Of a stretch of 64,000 bases of DNA, positions 58,347 to 64,000 are shown one piece after another. Made by a program: the position numbers and the translations under genes. Numbering within the stretch: the stretch's first letter is position 1; every line of letters begins with the position of its first letter. Under the pieces are notes generated by a model. It saw only the letters and a program-made list of their open reading frames with translations. It did not search any database and had not been told where the DNA came from. The stretch lies in NCBI GenBank assembly GCA_963667845.2, contig CAXXVL010000002.1, positions 2,240,001-2,304,000 on the forward strand. The letters are read 5' to 3'. Origin of the DNA: Smithellaceae bacterium (lineage in GTDB: Bacteria; Desulfobacterota; Syntrophia; Syntrophales; Smithellaceae).

Positions 58347-59604
58347 GTTCGTAAATATTTGGCTTTTGCTTTCAGGGATCATTCTTTTCGCCGTGCTTCC
58401 GGTGCAGGCCGATCCGGTGCTTTCCGGTTTGATTGATGAGGCGCTGAAGAATAATCCCGAAATCCAGGCGTCACAGGCCCGGATTGAGGCGGCCCGATTA
58501 CGAATCCCTCAATCCGGCAGCCTGCCTGATCCGATGTTCATGTTCGGCTATCAGAATGACGGGTTTGAACGCTATAACTTGGGCGAAACGAACGATTCCC
58601 AGTGGATGTTTACTTTGACGCAGCAATTCCTGTTTCCGGGGAAGCGCCGGCTCAAGGAAGACATGACGGCGCGGGATGCCGAGAGTCTGGAAGCCATGCA
58701 CGAACTCTTAAAGCTGAAAACGGCGGCGCGGGTCAAGGAGCTTTACTACGACTTGTTTTTTGCCCACAAAACCCTGGAACTGTATGCGGACAAACGGGCC
58801 CTGCTCGATCGGATAGAAAGCCTCACGCTGTCGCGGTATGCTGCCGGAAAAGCCATGCAACAGGATGTCCTGATGGCGCAAACCGAAAAATACATGCTTT
58901 TGGAAAAAGAACAAATGACCGGACAGAGGATCCGCTCCGGGGAAGCCATGTTGTCGTCCGCCATCGGTCGCTATCGGGGTTTGCCCCTCCCAAAGCCTGC
59001 GGAGCCCGCCTATCAATCGTTTCCGCTTACGATCGACGCCGTTCTCGACATGGCGATGCAGCATTCTCCGGAACTGAAATCCCGCGGCAAAATGATCGAG
59101 GCCGCGAACACCAGACTGGCCATGGCGCAAAAAGAATTCTACCCTGATTTCGCTCTCTCCGGCGGTTATTTTAGAAAGGGAGGAGATTTTATGGATATGT
59201 GGAGCGCCACGGCAACCATTAATCTCCCGATCTATTTTTTTACAAAACAAAAACCCGCCGTGTCGGAAGCCAAAGCGAATATTCGCCAAGCCGATCGTGA
59301 CCTGGAAGCCACCCGCGTCATGATTGAAGCGGCACTGCGCGATAACTATGCGATGCTGCGCACATCGGAGAAGCTCATTGACCTGTATCAAAACGGACTC
59401 CTTCCCAGAACGAGACAGGATATTGAGCAGACCCTGACGGGTTATTCGACAGGCCGGCAGGAGGCTGCAAGCGTGATATCGCGGGTTAAGACAATGCTTG
59501 ATTACGAGCTTTTATACTGGGGACAACGGGTTGAACGGGAAAAATCCATTGCACGGATGCATGCCATTACGGCCGGATCGGCCGGCGAAGGGGAGAAAAA
59601 ATGA
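58330..59604 (+). CDS. TolC-family outer membrane efflux protein (CusC-like)
   Basis: EALKNNPEI, LPDP.FM, Q.F.FPGK, YPDF; position in the RND operon. Confidence 0.88.
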   Translation: MSISSKFVNIWLLLSGIILFAVLPVQADPVLSGLIDEALKNNPEIQASQARIEAARLRIPQSGSLPDPMFMFGYQNDGFERYNLGETNDSQWMFTLTQQFLFPGKRRLKEDMTARDAESLEAMHELLKLKTAARVKELYYDLFFAHKTLELYADKRALLDRIESLTLSRYAAGKAMQQDVLMAQTEKYMLLEKEQMTGQRIRSGEAMLSSAIGRYRGLPLPKPAEPAYQSFPLTIDAVLDMAMQHSPELKSRGKMIEAANTRLAMAQKEFYPDFALSGGYFRKGGDFMDMWSATATINLPIYFFTKQKPAVSEAKANIRQADRDLEATRVMIEAALRDNYAMLRTSEKLIDLYQNGLLPRTRQDIEQTLTGYSTGRQEAASVISRVKTMLDYELLYWGQRVEREKSIARMHAITAGSAGEGEKK

Positions 59605-60827
59605 GACGAGCGACCAGCCGATGGGTCCAATTACTGATTTTTCCGATTACGGGCTGCCTGTTGCTTTTTATGGCAGCGCCGATTCCGGCCCAGGATCACG
59701 CGCAGCATGGGAAACCGGCTGCCGCGGCGGCCGAGATGAAACCAGCCCCGGCCAAGCGGACTCCGCAGGCGGCCCAGCCTGCCGAAGAGGTCCCGCAGGT
59801 GGAAATCTCATCTGACCAGCAAAAGCTCATCGGCGTCAAAACCGTCAAAGCGGCATATCTTCCGATGAAAAGGGTCATCCGGACGGTCGGGAGAGTCGAT
59901 GTGGATGAAAGCCGTCAGGCGACGATCAACGCCAAAATCGAGGGCTGGATTGAAAAACTTTATGTGGACAAAACCGGCAGTTACGTCAAAAAAGGCGAGA
60001 AGCTCGCCGAAATTTACTCTCCGGAACTTGTCGCGACCCAGGAGGAATTCCTGACGGCTTTAAAGTGGTCGAAGGAAACAGCGGCAGCTTCGCAAGGGGA
60101 AAAAGCGGCGTCATCCGATATCAACAAGATGCTGGCGAAGGACGCGGCAGCGACGCTTGCGGCGGCACGCCAGCGGCTCGTGTGGTGGGACATCTCACCC
60201 GCTCAGATTAAAACTATCGAGGAGACGGGCAAGCCCGTCCGGACGCTGACGCTCTATGCTCCGGTTTCCGGCTTTGTGACGCAAAAAATGGTTGTTGCCG
60301 GAATGAAGATCATGCCCGGGGAAAAAATGTTTGACATCGTCGATCTTTCCAGTCTCTGGGTCATCGCGGATATTTATGAATACGAGCTGCCGTTTATCAA
60401 GGTCGGAAACCCGGCGACGATCACTCTGGCTTATCTTCCCGGCGTGGAGATGTCATCTCGGATCGACTACATTTATCCCACCCTGTCAGCGGAGACGCGG
60501 ACGATAAAAGTGCGCCTGAAGATTGCCAATCACCATAATCAACTCAAACCGCAGATGTTTGGTGACGTGGAAATTCACGTTGATCTGGGACGGAGACTCG
60601 TTATCCCGGAATCCGCTGTCATGGATACCGGCACGGCCATGGTGGTTTATGTGGATCGCGGGGAAGGCGCCTACGAGCCCCGGGAAATCAAAACGGGGAT
60701 CCGGACGGAAGGTAATATTGAAGTGCTGCGCGGTTTGAAAAACGGCGAGCGCGTGGTGGTGGCCGCCAATTTCCTGGTGGATTCCGAGGCGCAGTTGAAG
60801 GGGATCAAGCCACTGCCTTCTAAATAA
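59601..60827 (+). CDS. RND efflux periplasmic adaptor (CusB-like)
   Basis: GWIEKLYV, YSPELVATQEE, DLSSLWVIADIYE, IYPTL..ETRT, LKPQMF, FLVDSE. Confidence 0.9.
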   Translation: MRRATSRWVQLLIFPITGCLLLFMAAPIPAQDHAQHGKPAAAAAEMKPAPAKRTPQAAQPAEEVPQVEISSDQQKLIGVKTVKAAYLPMKRVIRTVGRVDVDESRQATINAKIEGWIEKLYVDKTGSYVKKGEKLAEIYSPELVATQEEFLTALKWSKETAAASQGEKAASSDINKMLAKDAAATLAAARQRLVWWDISPAQIKTIEETGKPVRTLTLYAPVSGFVTQKMVVAGMKIMPGEKMFDIVDLSSLWVIADIYEYELPFIKVGNPATITLAYLPGVEMSSRIDYIYPTLSAETRTIKVRLKIANHHNQLKPQMFGDVEIHVDLGRRLVIPESAVMDTGTAMVVYVDRGEGAYEPREIKTGIRTEGNIEVLRGLKNGERVVVAANFLVDSEAQLKGIKPLPSK

Positions 60828-60868
60828 TGTGCAAGAGACCAAATTGCCGCAAATGGGAAAGATGACGC

Positions 60869-63800
60869 ATGATTGGGAAAATCATTGAATTCAGCAGCCG
60901 CAACAAATTTCTTGTATTCCTGGTCATTTCTTTCACTATTGCCTGGGGATTGTGGACGCTCAAAAATACACCGCTCGATGCCCTGCCGGATTTAAGCGAT
61001 ACTCAGGTTATCATCTATACCGAATGGCCGGGCCGCAGCCCGGACCTGGTGGAAGACCAGGTGACGTATCCCATTACCTCGACGCTGCTTGCCGCGCCGA
61101 AAGTCCAGGCGGTGCGCGGATTCTCCTTTCTGGGCAGTTCCTTCATCTACGTCATCTTCGAAGAAGGAACGGATATCTACTGGGCCAGAAGCCGCATCCT
61201 GGAATACCTGCAGGCGGTAAAAAACAAAATCCCGACGGATGTCAATCCGGTTTTGGGCCCGGACGCGACCAGTCTGGGCTGGGGATTTTCGTATGCTGTC
61301 GTGGATGAAACAGGCCAACTCGACCTGGCTCAGCTTCGCTCCCTGCAGGACTATAACGTCAAACTGGCGCTGGAGAGCGTCGCCGGCGTGTCTCAGGTGG
61401 CGAGTATCGGCGGCTTTGTCAATCAATATCAGATTACGGTTGATCCCAATCGGCTGTCCGCCTATCGTCTGCCGATCACGAAAGTCATCGAAGCGGTCCG
61501 CAAAAGCAACCGCGATGTCGAAGGCCGGGTGCTGGAATTTTCCGGCGCCGAATACATGGTACGGGGACGCGGCTATCTCAAAACGGTTAAGGATCTGGAG
61601 GATATCGCGGTGGGCGCAAGCGCCGCCGGCACTCCCGTCTATTTGAGAGATGTCGCCCGTGTGCAGCTCGGACCGGAAATTCGCCGGGGTCTTGCCGATC
61701 TGGACGGGAAGGGGGAAGTCGCCGGAGGGATCGTGATTGTCCGCTTTGGCGAAAATGTGCTCAATGTCATTGAACGGGTCAAGGATAAAATTAAGAATGA
61801 CGTTACGCCGAGCCTGCCTAAAGGCGTAAAAATTGTCACGACGTACGACCGCTCCGACCTGATTCATCGTTCGATCGCCACGCTCAAAGACGAGATTATC
61901 AAACTGGCCATTGCCGTGAGCGTTGTCTGCCTGATCTTTCTATTTCACCTGCCGAGCGCGCTCGTCGTCATTGTGACACTTCCCGTGGCCATCATCATAT
62001 CCTTTATCTGCATGTATTATCTCGGCGTCACATCCAATATCATGAGCCTCTCGGGCATCGCCATTGCGATCGGGGCGATGGTGGATGCGTCGATCATCAT
62101 GGTGGAAAACGCCCATAAAAAGATCGAAGAGTGGGAACGGGAGGGGAGTCCGGGCGTGAGAACCGATGTCATCATCTCGGCAGCCCGGGAGGTCGGACCG
62201 TCCCTTTTCTTTGCCCTGCTGGTGATAACGGTCGGATTTCTGCCCGTCTTTACGCTGGAGGCACAGGCCGGACGCCTGTTCAAGCCGCTGGCCTATACGA
62301 AAACATTCGCGATGCTCTTTTCCTCTTTCCTGGCAATTACGTTGACTCCGGTGCTGATGACCTTATTTATCCGCGGGAAAATTCGCCCCGAAGAAAAAAA
62401 TCCGGTGAGTCGTTTCCTGCACAAAATCTATGAACCGGTTGCCCATATCGCGCTGCGCTTCCGGAAGACGGTGATCATCGTCGCTCTCGTCATCATGGCG
62501 GTCACGGTTTATCCGTTTTTGAAACTGGGATCGGAATTTATGCCGCCGCTTTACGAGGGTTCGCTGTTCTATATGCCGGTGACCATGCCAGGCGCTTCTG
62601 TTTCAGAAGCGGCACGGCTCCTGAAAATGCAAGACGAGATTCTGATGAAGATACCGGAAGTGTCGCAGGTCTTCGGCAAGGCGGGACGGGCGGAAACGGC
62701 TACCGATCCCGCGCCGCTGGAAATGTTTGAAACCGTCATTAATCTCAAACCCGAGGATCAATGGCGCAAAGGGATGACAAGCGAAAAAATCAAAGATGAA
62801 ATGAACGATGCCCTGAACATCCCCGGCGTATCGAATTCTTTCACCATGCCTATCAAAGCGCGCATTGACATGCTGGCCACGGGGATTCGCACACCGGTAG
62901 GCATCAAGATCCTGGGACCCCATCTGGAGGAGATTGAAAAAATCGGGATTCAGCTGGAGAGTCTGTTGCGTGATGTTCCGGGAACGCGCAGCGTTTATGC
63001 GGAGCGAGTGGCAACGGGTTACTTCCTGGATATTGCCGCCAGACGCGAAGCCATTGCCCGCTATGGTCTCGCTGTCGATGATGTCAACGAAGTAATCCAA
63101 ACCGCCATTGGCGGCATGAATCTGACCACCACGGTCGAAGGACGGGCGCGCTATCCCGTTAATATCCGGTATCCGCGGGATCTGCGTAACGATGTAGAGA
63201 AGCTCAAACGGATTCTGGTGCCGGTGATGACCGCACCCGGCGCTTCGAGTCCCGCTGCCTCCGCTATGGGCACTCCCGGCGACAAGCTGCAAGTGCCCTT
63301 GGGAGAATTGGCGGAGTTTCGGGTTGTCCGGGGAGCTACGTCGATCAAGAGCGAAGAAGGGCTGTTGGCGTCGTACGTGTATATTGACATGACCGGCCGC
63401 GATATCGGCAGTTACGTGGAAGACGCCAGGAAGAAAGTGGCGTCGTTCAAACTGCCTGAGGGATACCGCCTGGTCTGGAGCGGAGAATACGAGAATATTC
63501 TTAGAACCCACGAGCGCTTAAAGCTGATCATTCCTCTGACGCTTTTGATTATTTTTGTGATTCTCTTCCTCAATACCCGCTCGGTGACCAAGACGGTGAT
63601 CGTGCTTCTGGCCGTTCCTTTTTCCCTGGTTGGTTCCTTCTGGCTTCTGTATCTGCTCAATTACAATCTGAGCATTGCAGTCTGGGTGGGGATCATTGCG
63701 CTGGCCGGTCTCGATGCGGAAACCGGGGTCGTTATGCTCTTATACCTCGATCTGGCTTATGAGAAGCGGAAGGCAGATGGCCAGATGAAAACAAGAGACG

Positions 63801-64000
63801 ATTTGGAAAGCGCCATCATGTTTGGCGCCGTCAAACGCATTCGTCCCAAGATCATGACGGTGAGCGTCATCCTGGCCGGTTTGATTCCGATTATGTTCAG
63901 CACCGGCGCCGGCGCCGATATCATGAAGCGAATTGCCGCTCCCATGGTGGGCGGTGTGATTACCTCCACCATTCTGGAACTAATCATTTATCCTGCCATC
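60869..64000 (+). CDS. cusA: CusA/CzcA-family heavy-metal RND permease (partial, continues off the right edge)
   Basis: Manual translation from ATG 60869 gives PLDALPDLSDTQVII, VEDQVTYP, NIMSLSGIAIAIGAMVD, FMPPL.EG, TDPAPLEMFET, RIDML.TG and RIRPKIMT; the frame is consistent to the edge. Confidence 0.93.
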   Translation, partial: MIGKIIEFSSRNKFLVFLVISFTIAWGLWTLKNTPLDALPDLSDTQVIIYTEWPGRSPDLVEDQVTYPITSTLLAAPKVQAVRGFSFLGSSFIYVIFEEGTDIYWARSRILEYLQAVKNKIPTDVNPVLGPDATSLGWGFSYAVVDETGQLDLAQLRSLQDYNVKLALESVAGVSQVASIGGFVNQYQITVDPNRLSAYRLPITKVIEAVRKSNRDVEGRVLEFSGAEYMVRGRGYLKTVKDLEDIAVGASAAGTPVYLRDVARVQLGPEIRRGLADLDGKGEVAGGIVIVRFGENVLNVIERVKDKIKNDVTPSLPKGVKIVTTYDRSDLIHRSIATLKDEIIKLAIAVSVVCLIFLFHLPSALVVIVTLPVAIIISFICMYYLGVTSNIMSLSGIAIAIGAMVDASIIMVENAHKKIEEWEREGSPGVRTDVIISAAREVGPSLFFALLVITVGFLPVFTLEAQAGRLFKPLAYTKTFAMLFSSFLAITLTPVLMTLFIRGKIRPEEKNPVSRFLHKIYEPVAHIALRFRKTVIIVALVIMAVTVYPFLKLGSEFMPPLYEGSLFYMPVTMPGASVSEAARLLKMQDEILMKIPEVSQVFGKAGRAETATDPAPLEMFETVINLKPEDQWRKGMTSEKIKDEMNDALNIPGVSNSFTMPIKARIDMLATGIRTPVGIKILGPHLEEIEKIGIQLESLLRDVPGTRSVYAERVATGYFLDIAARREAIARYGLAVDDVNEVIQTAIGGMNLTTTVEGRARYPVNIRYPRDLRNDVEKLKRILVPVMTAPGASSPAASAMGTPGDKLQVPLGELAEFRVVRGATSIKSEEGLLASYVYIDMTGRDIGSYVEDARKKVASFKLPEGYRLVWSGEYENILRTHERLKLIIPLTLLIIFVILFLNTRSVTKTVIVLLAVPFSLVGSFWLLYLLNYNLSIAVWVGIIALAGLDAETGVVMLLYLDLAYEKRKADGQMKTRDDLESAIMFGAVKRIRPKIMTVSVILAGLIPIMFSTGAGADIMKRIAAPMVGGVITSTILELIIYPAI

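Overview
Gene-dense bacterial chromosomal window; the gene repertoire suggests an anaerobic Desulfobacterota/Syntrophales-like organism (inference, not determined). It holds about 60 CDS and no recognisable rRNA, tRNA, CRISPR array or transposase. Left end (minus strand): a kaiA-less clock-like operon kaiC-kaiB-kaiB-PAS histidine kinase-sigma54 activator-cheB/cheR. The kinase and the activator share a duplicated N-terminal input module, and three gene junctions are filled with 7-bp tandem repeats. Next come hisC, an acyltransferase-paaK pair, exeAB, a BrnT/BrnA toxin-antitoxin cassette bounded by integron attC-like sites, and an acyl-CoA ligase/CoA-transferase cluster. The middle and right carry housekeeping genes (trxA, bamD, nadK, recN, mltA, pcm, carD, ispDF, gltX, radA, groES/EL). 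A minus-strand run starts with a circularly permuted cofactor-independent phosphoglycerate mutase and ends with a stand-alone double-Cache protein coupled to an NCS2 permease. A Cus-like metal RND efflux operon runs off the right end. Strongest leads: the permuted iPGM, the Kai operon with its twin output proteins, the integrase-less TA cassette and the Cache+NCS2 pair. All calls come from motif recognition by eye; no searches were run.
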